Notes: generated by a model not told the origin, from the letters alone. DNA of 27,119 nt from Candidatus Woesearchaeota archaeon (GCA_019323665.1 JAHWHA010000054.1:1-27119); one strand, 5' to 3'. Positions 8,656-16,680 are shown, numbered from the stretch's first letter. Numbers and translations are program-made.

Positions 8656-8946
8656 ATGGCTATTGCAAAACAGCGTGTTCATCTTAAACCCAAGAGCAAG
8701 CGATACAAGCCAAGCACAAGAGCAAAAGGGTTTGACCAGATGCGGCCAAAGAGCCGAGGCAAGCCCAAGCAGATAGTTAAATCAAAAACAGATAAAGGAT
8801 ATACTCATTGGATTCAGGATGAGGCAGGCCGCTTTGAAGGCCGTGAGCGTGTGCCTCTATCCAAATCAGATAACACAAGAGTGAGGAACTCGCCAGACAA
8901 AAGAATATATGGCCGCTATTCAATCAAGAAGAAAAAGAAAAAGTGA
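8656..8946 (+). CDS. Highly basic protein (96 aa), putative nucleic-acid binding
   Basis: Only convincing longer plus-strand ORF; own promoter; K/R-rich with poly-K tail; stop abuts the convergent gene. Confidence 0.75.
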   Translation: MAIAKQRVHLKPKSKRYKPSTRAKGFDQMRPKSRGKPKQIVKSKTDKGYTHWIQDEAGRFEGRERVPLSKSDNTRVRNSPDKRIYGRYSIKKKKKK

Positions 8947-9525
8947 TTATTTCTGTCTTGCAGCTTGAATCTTCTTCCACAGCCTATCTGCTTCTGCCTG
9001 ATTAACATCCAGCTGGGTCTTTATATGAGCGGCACTCCTTGCCCAAGTGGCAGCTTCAGGATTGTCCATGAGGTTCTCATACTCTTGCCTCCTTTCTAAA
9101 AGCTTTTCTGCATAAGCTTTCCTGCTACCTATTTGTGCTTTCTGTTGCCTTGTTGCTTCTTCAGGAATTTCTATAGCAAGAGCTTGCTCGTAATCCCTTG
9201 TTCTTATTGAGGCTTCAATATCAGCAAGAGTTTCTGTAAATATTTCTCTTTCTTCCACTTCTGCTTCTTCTGCTTCTATCCTCTCGAGCCTTGTAAACCT
9301 GTCCCTGAACTTATTTGAGGGATATTTAGATGAATCCCACCACCTTTCATTAACAAACTTTTTGAGGTTTTCGGCTCTTGAAGTATCCTTGTCATCATCT
9401 GCTAGCCTTGCCTTTTCGCTCTCGTAAAGCATATCAACCAGTTCCCGAAGGTCGTCCTCTGTATTAACATCATCAATATATATGTGGTCAAGGATAAAAT
9501 CACCCATCTCTTCGTATTCACCCAT
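8947..9525 (-). CDS. Acidic helical hypothetical protein (192 aa)
   Basis: ORF track; GGGGTGA RBS; overlaps primase stop. Confidence 0.75.
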   Translation of the reverse strand: MGEYEEMGDFILDHIYIDDVNTEDDLRELVDMLYESEKARLADDDKDTSRAENLKKFVNERWWDSSKYPSNKFRDRFTRLERIEAEEAEVEEREIFTETLADIEASIRTRDYEQALAIEIPEEATRQQKAQIGSRKAYAEKLLERRQEYENLMDNPEAATWARSAAHIKTQLDVNQAEADRLWKKIQAARQK

Positions 9526-10645
9526 TCTTCATCACCCCTAGAACCATTCTGCCATGGCTGTTTTTATTTTCAATATATGTGTGGGAAAGGATAGAAACCA
9601 ATCTCTCATGACCTCTGCTGACATAGCTGTTAGTATCCTTGCCTTCAATCTTCTCTATATATTCCATATCCAAAGGAATTTGACCTCTGTAAGTGTTTTT
9701 GCAACGCAGGTATCTCAAAATCTTGGCCAGTCTCTTCCGTTGGAATGTCTTGAGCCCGATGCAATACCAGTCTTTCTCTGTCTCGAAGCAATACACATCT
9801 CCTAGCTTATATCTCTTTATGGCAGTGTTTAGCTTGGATTTGACATGCGAATAGGGCCAGTACTTGTCCCATCTCATCAGCAGTACGCTTCTATCCTTTG
9901 TGCCAACAACTGCACTGGAAAAGAAAGGGGGTTGGGAATTTCGGCCAGAGCACTCTCCAACCCCAATTTGTTTAGCCGGCGGGGGAAGTACCTCATCTAT
10001 GCCTCGGTGCAGTTCCCCCTCACCTTTAGTGAGGCATATCGCTGGCCTCTCCTTAGTTATGTAAGGAATATGTGCTAGGAGCTCCGTAATAGGCTCTAGA
10101 AGCAATTCTTTTGATATAATGGTACATCTGTAACCCGTTTTGGTGTTAACGCTCCCAGGGAGCCTAATTATCCTGTAAGGGTCTGAGGTAGTTATTTTAT
10201 CTACTCCTTCAATAACCTTGATTTGGTTTTGCCTGTGCTGCTTGATGAACCTAGCTCTCTTCTTGTGGTCTTTTGGGAGCTTTAATGGGTTCTCATATAC
10301 AAGCACAAAACCTTTAGAACCAGTAAACGCAATATACTTTAGCTTGTAATCCAGCCGATTGACAAGCTCTATAGCCTTCAATCTTGCAGTCTCCAAGCCT
10401 TCTAAACTGAAATCCTCATCAATATCAATCACAAAATCATGGCCCAGTATCACATCTGAAGGGCTAGGTTTGGAGACACTCTGCGGCTCAAGAAAACAGC
10501 TTGTAGAATAGTATATGTCAGTCTCATCAAGGTCAAAGGGTATCGCTTCGAACAGTTCCTGCTCATTCTTTACCTGCCTATCAATCGAAACCCATCGCCC
10601 CTTGTGATGCACTCTCCAATGTCGCCATGCGGGTCTAGTTATCAT
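9518..10645 (-). CDS. priS: Archaeo-eukaryotic primase, PriS-like, with C-terminal extension
   Basis: DIYYS, motif I DFVIDID, motif II FTGSKGF, motif III D..RIIRLPGSVNTKTG. Confidence 0.85.
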   Translation of the reverse strand: MITRPAWRHWRVHHKGRWVSIDRQVKNEQELFEAIPFDLDETDIYYSTSCFLEPQSVSKPSPSDVILGHDFVIDIDEDFSLEGLETARLKAIELVNRLDYKLKYIAFTGSKGFVLVYENPLKLPKDHKKRARFIKQHRQNQIKVIEGVDKITTSDPYRIIRLPGSVNTKTGYRCTIISKELLLEPITELLAHIPYITKERPAICLTKGEGELHRGIDEVLPPPAKQIGVGECSGRNSQPPFFSSAVVGTKDRSVLLMRWDKYWPYSHVKSKLNTAIKRYKLGDVYCFETEKDWYCIGLKTFQRKRLAKILRYLRCKNTYRGQIPLDMEYIEKIEGKDTNSYVSRGHERLVSILSHTYIENKNSHGRMVLGVMKNG

Positions 10646-10942
10646 TCATTTCTTCACTTTCTCGAGTTTGCCATACAGGCCGCTTGTCAAGTTGATGTTG
10701 CCCTTATACATGGAGCAAAATCCGTTCTTGACTTGCACAATGTCACCAACATTGAATTGGTCTCCTTGCTCTCTCCAGAGTGAGAGGTAGCCTTCGGTCT
10801 TCTCCTTGTCTCTGACCTTGCAGTCAACCACCTTGACTTCCTCACCATTACGGGTCTTGATAGTCCTAGGTTCAAACTTTTTGGTAATCAAGACCCTTAT
10901 ATCTACCCTCTTTTGTCCTTCCTTCAAATCCTTAAGATACAT
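10646..10942 (-). CDS. ssb: Single OB-fold ssDNA-binding protein (SSB/RPA)
   Basis: LKDLKEG..VDIRV..EPRTI...LSLW...VGDIVQVKNG...YKGNINL..G pattern of archaeal single-OB SSBs; AAGGTG RBS. Confidence 0.88.
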   Translation of the reverse strand: MYLKDLKEGQKRVDIRVLITKKFEPRTIKTRNGEEVKVVDCKVRDKEKTEGYLSLWREQGDQFNVGDIVQVKNGFCSMYKGNINLTSGLYGKLEKVKK

Positions 10943-10978
10943 GTTAGACACCTTCTAGCCTTAAAGTTTTATGGGTAT

Positions 10979-11128
10979 TTAAACTTTTCCTATTCTGAAC
11001 ATCTTGGTGCCACAGACTTGGCACTTGCCAGTCATGGCATCTGCTCCGTTCTTCATCTTTTTTGGAACTGCTCCAACCATAGCTCTTTTCTGTTTGCACT
11101 TAACGCAGTACGCAACAACATTTTTCAT
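10979..11128 (-). CDS. DUF5679-like small Zn-binding protein (49 aa)
   Basis: AYCVKCKQKRAM...MKNG..AMTGKCQVCGTKMFRIG; GGAGGAGG RBS, ATGA overlap. Confidence 0.8.
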   Translation of the reverse strand: MKNVVAYCVKCKQKRAMVGAVPKKMKNGADAMTGKCQVCGTKMFRIGKV

Positions 11129-11409
11129 TTTCTTCCTCCTCCTCCTTGTAGATGACCCACCTTTTTTCTCCTCCATTTTAGTTGGGCTTGTTTCATATTT
11201 TCCTTTTTAATCTGCCCATAGATATATTCCCAGTCTTTTTCATTCATTTTGAGTTCAAACACATCCTGCTCAACCCTAATTTCAATTAATACGCTGTCAG
11301 GTTGGAGGTGATTGACCCTGAACAAGAAGTTCTTGCCATGCAAATCTATCTGCACCGCATATATCCTCTTGGACACCCAGCCCTTTGTGAATATCTCATC
11401 ACCACTCAT
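11125..11409 (-). CDS. Hypothetical protein (94 aa)
   Basis: ORF track; ATGA coupling. Confidence 0.65.
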   Translation of the reverse strand: MSGDEIFTKGWVSKRIYAVQIDLHGKNFLFRVNHLQPDSVLIEIRVEQDVFELKMNEKDWEYIYGQIKKENMKQAQLKWRRKKVGHLQGGGGRK

Positions 11410-11654
11410 ATTTCCTCCCAGTATACCTCTCTGTTACGGCCATGTATTGCCAAGATTATGATTGCAATCCCTAAAATTGCAAAATTAATCATCAGTGACG
11501 CACCATAACTCTTATCTGGCAATGAGGCTACTCCACTAAATATTTGAGTAACAACCACCAACCAGAATACAACTTCATATATATACAGCCCATCTTTAGC
11601 AGGCAATTTGGTGTATTTGACAACTTTCTTGAAACGCCTTTTCTTTTCCATCAT
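11406..11654 (-). CDS. Two-TM membrane protein
   Basis: GGAGGT RBS; two hydrophobic segments. Confidence 0.65.
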   Translation of the reverse strand: MMEKKRRFKKVVKYTKLPAKDGLYIYEVVFWLVVVTQIFSGVASLPDKSYGASLMINFAILGIAIIILAIHGRNREVYWEEI

Positions 11655-11732
11655 GTTTACCTCCATTATTTTGTTGAGCCGATGTTGGGATATATGCTCG
11701 GAAATAGGGTGATACAACCTAGCATGGCAACA

Positions 11733-11909
11733 TCAGCTTTTCAACTGCAATAATTTATATGAACAAACCACACAGAGCACAAAAGATATGCCCATCTTGA
11801 TTACATAAAAATACTTCGGATACTGGAGCGTGAACGCCAAGTCTATCAAGTTGAATACTGCGAACACTAGCCCAAGCACACAAATAAATTTTAGCAAATT
11901 TTTACTCAT
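11733..11909 (-). CDS. Two-TM small membrane protein
   Basis: MSKNLLKFICVLGLVFAVFNLIDLAF...ISFVLCVVCSY. Confidence 0.6.
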   Translation of the reverse strand: MSKNLLKFICVLGLVFAVFNLIDLAFTLQYPKYFYVIKMGISFVLCVVCSYKLLQLKS

Positions 11910-11913
11910 TTTT

Positions 11914-12516
11914 TTAGGATTTTTGTAGCTTCTTTGTTTTCTTAGGTATCCAGTCCTTGCCAATCTTCATATCAGGGAATTTATATACTCCCTTGTCATC
12001 ATCAGATATCAGCATGAACTCTCCTTGGGAGAGATTGACGCTCCATTGCGTGACTTGTATGAAGCTATGCCTCTGGAGCAATCTCTTAGCCTTGGAGCCG
12101 TTCTTTAGTGCTCCGAGGTCACTTATCCTTGTATAAATATAAGTGTCTAGGAACCCGTCTGTTGCCTTTGTGATGAATTGTGTCAGCGGGGTTGTGAACA
12201 CAAGGGTGTTGTTGTTATGTATCATGGTTGACAAGAGCTCCAGGAAAGTGTCACTTGTCCTTTTTGAATAGAATTTTATGTGCCTCTGCAACTCGTCCAT
12301 AAACACTATGCTGTTTGTGATTAAAGAAAGCTCTTCCAAGCTGTATATCTGCTTGAAGCCTATATCCTGTCTGGGATAAGCATAGAATATTATATCTCTA
12401 TCCCCCCTGTATTCTTTGGCTAGCCAGAACAGGAGATTAGTCTTGCAAGTATGCCTGTCTCCAAGTATTGCTATATTGCAATTATTATCCAAAAGCTTTG
12501 TCACATCCATTTTCAT
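11914..12516 (-). CDS. P-loop ATPase (viral Zot/FtsK-HerA-like size and layout)
   Basis: Walker A variant IAILGDRHTCKT, Walker B IVFMDELQ; GGAGTGA RBS. Confidence 0.75.
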   Translation of the reverse strand: MKMDVTKLLDNNCNIAILGDRHTCKTNLLFWLAKEYRGDRDIIFYAYPRQDIGFKQIYSLEELSLITNSIVFMDELQRHIKFYSKRTSDTFLELLSTMIHNNNTLVFTTPLTQFITKATDGFLDTYIYTRISDLGALKNGSKAKRLLQRHSFIQVTQWSVNLSQGEFMLISDDDKGVYKFPDMKIGKDWIPKKTKKLQKS

Positions 12517-12595
12517 CACTCCTTGATGCATTCTAACATATTCAATAACAAGACACCGTTGACCTCACCCTCAGTTTCTTATATAAACGAAAAAT

Positions 12596-12646
12596 TTAAA
12601 TAAAAGCGTCACCCAACAACCCTTAGACCGAGTGGTCAGGTGACGC
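12596..12646 (-). terminator. Stem-loop followed by T-tract
   Basis: GCGTCACC/GGTGACGC inverted repeat (12606-12613, 12639-12646) with inner GACC/GGTC stem, then TTTTATTT on minus strand. Confidence 0.45.
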
Positions 12647-12776
12647 CACCTCGCCATGTCACTTTTTATTCTTTCATTTTTGTATTCCATGTAAGTTTCT
12701 TGTTCTTTAGTTCAATGATGTCATGCCGTCAGCCCAGCTTTTCAACTGCTTGAACCAAACTGCCTTTGGTTGAGTT

Positions 12777-13556
12777 TCATTTATACCAAAGCTGCCTGTC
12801 AATAAATTTCCAGCTTTTGCTGCTGTTATCACCAAAGAACGCCTTGATTGAGTCATTGAGTGAGAGCATTTCTCTGGCAAACTCTATCCATTTGGCATAT
12901 TGTTCGATACCAAGCATTGCTCCATCCTGATTATATGTAAGTGGTGTGCCGTTGCTGATTGCATTCTTTATCATCCCATCTACTATCATGTTGGCTTCAT
13001 CACTAATGCTATCAAACCAAGGGAATTTTTGTATTGTTCTCTTTGGCTTTTTGTGTTTGGCATAATCCACAGAAGCCATCCTTATAGCATCTCCCATAGA
13101 GTAACCAAGTTTCATATATTTAGCAATACCACCATCTCCTCTGCAAAACTTGTTCCATTCTGATTCTCGCCTTTGCCTCTGTCTTGCTGCCTTGGTGGGG
13201 ATAGTGGGGCGACCATCTCGCCCCTTTGTCGGATATATAACCCATCTGCTACCCTCTTTCGACAAAATCACATCATCCCGAGCTTTTAAGCTCCTAATCA
13301 AAGCGTTTCTGTTACCTCCGCTTAACCTTTGGACTTTCCGTAATTTGCCATACAAGGTTGGTCTTTTTATCTTGCTAGCTATGTCTGCTGCAAGTTGGTC
13401 ATATTTGCTATGCCTTTTTCTTTTCTTGCTCTTCTTCCGTGCATAAAACACAGGTTTGGGTGGTGATAACTTCTGGCCGTCAGAGAAAGCACCACTTTCA
13501 ATCAATTCTATAAGTTGCTCTTTCGTCAACTTTTTCAAATCTATCTGTACTTTCAT
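12777..13556 (-). CDS. Basic hypothetical protein (259 aa), possible DNA-binding
   Basis: ORF track; GGAGGT RBS; K/R-rich. Confidence 0.75.
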   Translation of the reverse strand: MKVQIDLKKLTKEQLIELIESGAFSDGQKLSPPKPVFYARKKSKKRKRHSKYDQLAADIASKIKRPTLYGKLRKVQRLSGGNRNALIRSLKARDDVILSKEGSRWVIYPTKGRDGRPTIPTKAARQRQRRESEWNKFCRGDGGIAKYMKLGYSMGDAIRMASVDYAKHKKPKRTIQKFPWFDSISDEANMIVDGMIKNAISNGTPLTYNQDGAMLGIEQYAKWIEFAREMLSLNDSIKAFFGDNSSKSWKFIDRQLWYK

Positions 13557-13608
13557 AGTCGTACCTCCTTCTAAATTTATTTTTCTCTATCCTCTTTTTT
13601 AGGCTTGG

Positions 13609-13803
13609 TTATTTTAGTAACTCGTCAGTCTTGTCACTGTCAATCTTAACCTGTTTCTCGACAAGCTCTCTGCATTTTCTCTGCAAGTCCTGCACAACTC
13701 CATCGACCTCTGAGTTGTTCTCTATCTCTGCAATCATGCCCACTTCATATGTGTTGTAATTGTAACTTTGCTTTGCCCGTATCTCAACTTCTTTTATTTT
13801 CAT
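13609..13803 (-). CDS. Hypothetical protein (64 aa)
   Basis: ORF track; GGGGTTGAG RBS-like motif. Confidence 0.65.
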   Translation of the reverse strand: MKIKEVEIRAKQSYNYNTYEVGMIAEIENNSEVDGVVQDLQRKCRELVEKQVKIDSDKTDELLK

Positions 13804-13815
13804 TTCTCAACCCCA

Positions 13816-13858
13816 AGTTGATATTTTTTATTATCAGTTGATATTTTTTATTATCAAC
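13816..13858. repeat. Tandem 20-bp repeat, each unit quasi-palindromic
   Basis: AGTTGATATTTTTTATTATC x2 (13816-13835, 13836-13855); GTTGATA..TATCAAC dyad. Confidence 0.9.
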
Positions 13859-14271
13859 CTATTTTGCTATTTGGTCAAAATCATATTTATACAATATCAT
13901 ATTGACCTTGTCACCTCTCTCTTTCTTGCACTCTGGACAAAAATACTTATATTTCTTTTTGTTCAGCTTGTTGATGAAATAATTTTTACGGCAAACAGGA
14001 CATATCATATTATATTTTGTTACTCTCATTATCTTGCTATCATCAGTTGTCAATATCTTTTTAAACTCACGGCTGTGGTTGGGAACCTCTAGGTGTGTAA
14101 TCTCATGATTGATTAACGCATCACGGCTTCAGAGTTGTGTTCAAAAACTGGTTTGGATATTCTAATAAGCTTGATTTCAGGATAGCAAACTGCTGCATTC
14201 CTGAATGTGTCCATAAACTCAAACTTCACACTTGGATATTTATCCCTGTATTTTTTTAGTTTGTCTTTCAT
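13859..14271 (-). pseudogene. SprT-like Zn metalloprotease split by a frameshift near 14113-14128
   Basis: Frame 1 MKDKLKKY...NAAVCYPEIKLIRISKPVFEHNSEAV then stop at 14113-14115; frame 2 DALINHEITHLEVPNHSREF...CPVC...CPEC; GAGGAG RBS. Confidence 0.75.
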
Positions 14272-14449
14272 TATTGCTCCTCATTACAAACACATCATAT
14301 TTTTGCTTTTTTGATATTTGCCCATTCTTGATATATGCCTTGTCTATGATGAAGGCATACGAGCCACCAATCAGAGTCGCCCGCTTTGCCGTAGCCACTT
14401 TTATCATTTGTTCTTCATTCATTCTTTTGACCCATATATTATTATACAT
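14240..14449 (-). CDS. AbrB/MazE-like swapped-hairpin DNA-binding protein
   Basis: KRATLIGGSYAFIIDKAYIKNGQI pattern; own promoter and AGGTG RBS. Confidence 0.6.
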   Translation of the reverse strand: MYNNIWVKRMNEEQMIKVATAKRATLIGGSYAFIIDKAYIKNGQISKKQKYDVFVMRSNNERQTKKIQG

Positions 14450-14486
14450 AAACACCTGCTTTTATTTGGTAGAAAATACTAACAGA

Positions 14487-14502
14487 TATTTAAATCTTTC
14501 TT
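14487..14502 (-). promoter_or_regulatory. Archaeal BRE/TATA promoter
   Basis: Minus strand AAGAAAGATTTAAATA, about 38 bp upstream of ATG 14449. Confidence 0.65.
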
Positions 14503-14506
14503 TATT

Positions 14507-14586
14507 TTGTTGTGGGGGGGCGGAACAGAAAACAGCGGACAAGTGCAGTGAAGCCATTAAACAAATTCCGCCCCCCCATCTCAACA
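14507..14586 (-). repeat. Bulged-hairpin element, copy 1
   Basis: 13-bp perfect stem TGGGGGGGCGGAA/TTCCGCCCCCCCA with 40-nt loop; flanks shared with 17861-17930. Confidence 0.7.
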
Positions 14587-14620
14587 AAAAAGTTGGTAGA
14601 TGGTTTCCCACCTACCAACC
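14586..14620 (-). terminator. GNRA-capped stem-loop plus T-tract
   Basis: Minus strand GTTGGTAGGTGG-GAAA-CCATCTACCAAC-TTTTTT. Confidence 0.65.
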
Positions 14621-14639
14621 CCGAGTTTTTTTTTAGGGA

Positions 14640-14723
14640 TTATTTAACCTTTACTTCAATTTCCTTAGACCCAATAAAATCGATATGTTTCTCTGTTGAT
14701 ATAACCCTTTTCTTCTTTTTCAT
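14640..14723 (-). CDS. Basic micro-ORF (27 aa)
   Basis: MKKKKRVISTEKHIDFIGSKEIEVKVK; GGTGA RBS. Confidence 0.4.
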   Translation of the reverse strand: MKKKKRVISTEKHIDFIGSKEIEVKVK

Positions 14724-14727
14724 TGTA

Positions 14728-14847
14728 TCACCTGCCCCTCTTGAAATCATTAATTTTAACTTGTTTAAAACACCGCATGCAGAAAAATACCTTCATCTGC
14801 TTGACTATCTCACCATCGAAACAGTAAGGGCATTGTGGGCTCTTCAT
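14728..14847 (-). CDS. Zn-ribbon microprotein (39 aa)
   Basis: MKSPQCPYCFDGEIVKQMKVFFCMRCFKQVKINDFKRGR; ATGA overlap. Confidence 0.65.
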   Translation of the reverse strand: MKSPQCPYCFDGEIVKQMKVFFCMRCFKQVKINDFKRGR

Positions 14848-14951
14848 GGCAAATCCATCTCAAAACAATTAGCCAAACAATTCTTACAGCACTCTCCTTC
14901 AGCTCTTTGGCTTAAATCAGCCCCACAATAAGGGCATATTTCTCCTCTCAT
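14844..14951 (-). CDS. Cys-rich Zn-finger microprotein (35 aa)
   Basis: MRGEICPYCGADLSQRAEGECCKNCLANCFEMDLP; GAGGT RBS, ATGA overlap. Confidence 0.65.
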   Translation of the reverse strand: MRGEICPYCGADLSQRAEGECCKNCLANCFEMDLP

Positions 14952-15088
14952 TTTACCTCATACTCACAGATTATATTATGCTTCAGCAAGAACTTCTCCA
15001 TCCTCCTTGCCAGCTGTTGTTCTGTTGATTTATCTATTGGAACTGCAATAGCAATACTAGCTGCCTTCAGGTTTTTAAATATTATCAT
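14948..15088 (-). CDS. Hypothetical microprotein (46 aa)
   Basis: MIIFKNLKAASIAIAVPIDKSTEQQLARRMEKFLLKHNIICEYEVK; AGGTGA RBS. Confidence 0.55.
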   Translation of the reverse strand: MIIFKNLKAASIAIAVPIDKSTEQQLARRMEKFLLKHNIICEYEVK

Positions 15089-15089
15089 T

Positions 15090-15386
15090 TTATATCACCT
15101 TCTTATTTAATAGTTTGTTGTAGCACGGCCTGCAAATCAGCACGCACTTGTCAAGCTCGTTCTCAATCTGGAACCAATCATAATTGGAAAACATATCACT
15201 GACATTTCTAAACTTGAGTGTGCCTTTCTTGTGCCGGAACTCAAGCCGCCTTTTAGTGCCACAGATTTCACACTCATTGCCTTTATACTCTAACGCAGCC
15301 CTCCTCTGCTGATGGTATCTCATCTGCCGAGAAAGGTTCTCGCTTCCCCTGTGGGCACGCTTATAGAGTCTGGCTCTTTTGTTCAT
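15090..15386 (-). CDS. HNH-fold protein, degenerate active site
   Basis: YKGNECEICG...LEFRH...ELDKCVLICRPCY; ATGA overlap. Confidence 0.75.
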   Translation of the reverse strand: MNKRARLYKRAHRGSENLSRQMRYHQQRRAALEYKGNECEICGTKRRLEFRHKKGTLKFRNVSDMFSNYDWFQIENELDKCVLICRPCYNKLLNKKVI

Positions 15387-15610
15387 TTCTTTTCTTCCCA
15401 TGATAAACCTCTAGCAAAACCTTTTAGGTGGCCTGTTCTATAGCCTTTGGCATAAGCGAATTTCATGCAATCTTGAACCAATCTCCATACATCATTCAAG
15501 AATTCCTCCTCCTGCTCATTTCTGCTCCACTTGTAGATTGTTTTTCCATGAAACATGAAATTCTGCTTTAGCCATTTCCTGTTTGTTTCATCAATCTGTA
15601 ATTTCTTCAT
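15383..15610 (-). CDS. Hypothetical protein (75 aa)
   Basis: ORF track; ATGA coupling. Confidence 0.65.
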   Translation of the reverse strand: MKKLQIDETNRKWLKQNFMFHGKTIYKWSRNEQEEEFLNDVWRLVQDCMKFAYAKGYRTGHLKGFARGLSWEEKK

Positions 15611-15771
15611 ATTACCCCCAACTTAATCAAGCTAAAATATGTTATTATCCCAACCACCACAGCCATCAAGATAGGGATGATTATCTCTCGGACTATCTTA
15701 AGCCCAAGAATGACAAACACTCCACCAAGCAAAATCTGAAGCAGCGGCAATTCCATTAGTTTTTCTATCAT
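15607..15771 (-). CDS. Small two-TM membrane protein
   Basis: GGGGGT RBS; almost wholly hydrophobic. Confidence 0.65.
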   Translation of the reverse strand: MIEKLMELPLLQILLGGVFVILGLKIVREIIIPILMAVVVGIITYFSLIKLGVI

Positions 15772-15781
15772 TTCGACCCCC

Positions 15782-16465
15782 CTAATATTCAGACTCATCT
15801 GTGTCCTCTAATGTGCTTTGACGGAGCCGTTTCTTCTCGGCCTCAATCTCTTGCATCAGCTTTTTGGACAGTTCATCAAATGCTTCTTTGTCCTTGTTCT
15901 CTAAGGCCGCTTTAAACTCACCTGCATACTTTTCAGCAAGCCTTTTTGATAATTTATTGAAATAAGCTTCATTTGTTTCCTTAATGGATTTTTGACTTTT
16001 TTCCTTGATTATCTCTTCATCAATAAATGCATCCCAGAAGCTGAAATCGGCAGCACCCTTGTCTTCAAATCTATTTATGTTGGTTATTTTTATTTTATCA
16101 TTTTTGTCTCGCTTGTATTCAATAACTGCAATCCTGTCATCTTTGCCTTTATTAAACTCACAGATAACAACAATCTCTTGTCTATTAATGTCAAGTGTTG
16201 GTCTCACAAATGGTCTATCTCCCTTCTCGGCTTTGGATACCCAAGCTCCTGACATAAACCAGTATTGTTCTACATTGGCACTTCTAATCATGTTCTTGAT
16301 TTTAGCCCTTATAGAGTTCTTCTCTTCGGAAGTCTGGAATCCCAAACCAATCACAGCCATCTTTTCTCCAAACTTGGCTACAATCTGTGCCATGACTTCT
16401 CCATCTTGGGTTAGTTGTTCCTGTGCTATTTCAATTACATCCTCAAATTCCATTTTTTTCACCAT
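15782..16465 (-). CDS. Hypothetical protein (227 aa)
   Basis: ORF track; GAGGGA RBS. Confidence 0.75.
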   Translation of the reverse strand: MVKKMEFEDVIEIAQEQLTQDGEVMAQIVAKFGEKMAVIGLGFQTSEEKNSIRAKIKNMIRSANVEQYWFMSGAWVSKAEKGDRPFVRPTLDINRQEIVVICEFNKGKDDRIAVIEYKRDKNDKIKITNINRFEDKGAADFSFWDAFIDEEIIKEKSQKSIKETNEAYFNKLSKRLAEKYAGEFKAALENKDKEAFDELSKKLMQEIEAEKKRLRQSTLEDTDESEY

Positions 16466-16477
16466 TTTTATCCCTCT

Positions 16478-16672
16478 CTAACTTTTTTCAAACAATTCCA
16501 TAACAGAAATTAACGCATTTCTCTGCTCTGATGTTAACTCATAATCTTTGAGTATAGAATTTAAGATATAATGCAAATGCATGTTTCTGCCACCACATAC
16601 ACCACACTCTGAATGTCCCACAGCCTTATTATACTGCCAAGTTGTGGTTCTGCCACAACCAATGCATACCTT
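16478..16672 (-). pseudogene. Zn-finger protein gene lacking a start codon
   Basis: Open frame KVCIGCGRTTTWQYNKAVGHSECGVCGGRNMHL...LFEKS behind a GGAGGT RBS, with no ATG in frame before the first CxxC. Confidence 0.55.
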
Positions 16673-16680
16673 TTAACCTC

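Noticed and set aside
9518..10645. Primase as the LigD polymerase domain
   Set aside because: Motifs and linkage to SSB/MCM fit a PriS-like replicative primase; it is 13 kb from the Ku-like and ligase genes
14118..14150. Programmed -1 frameshift at the T-run upstream of the SprT lesion
   Set aside because: The target frame has TGA stops between the T-run and the HExxH region
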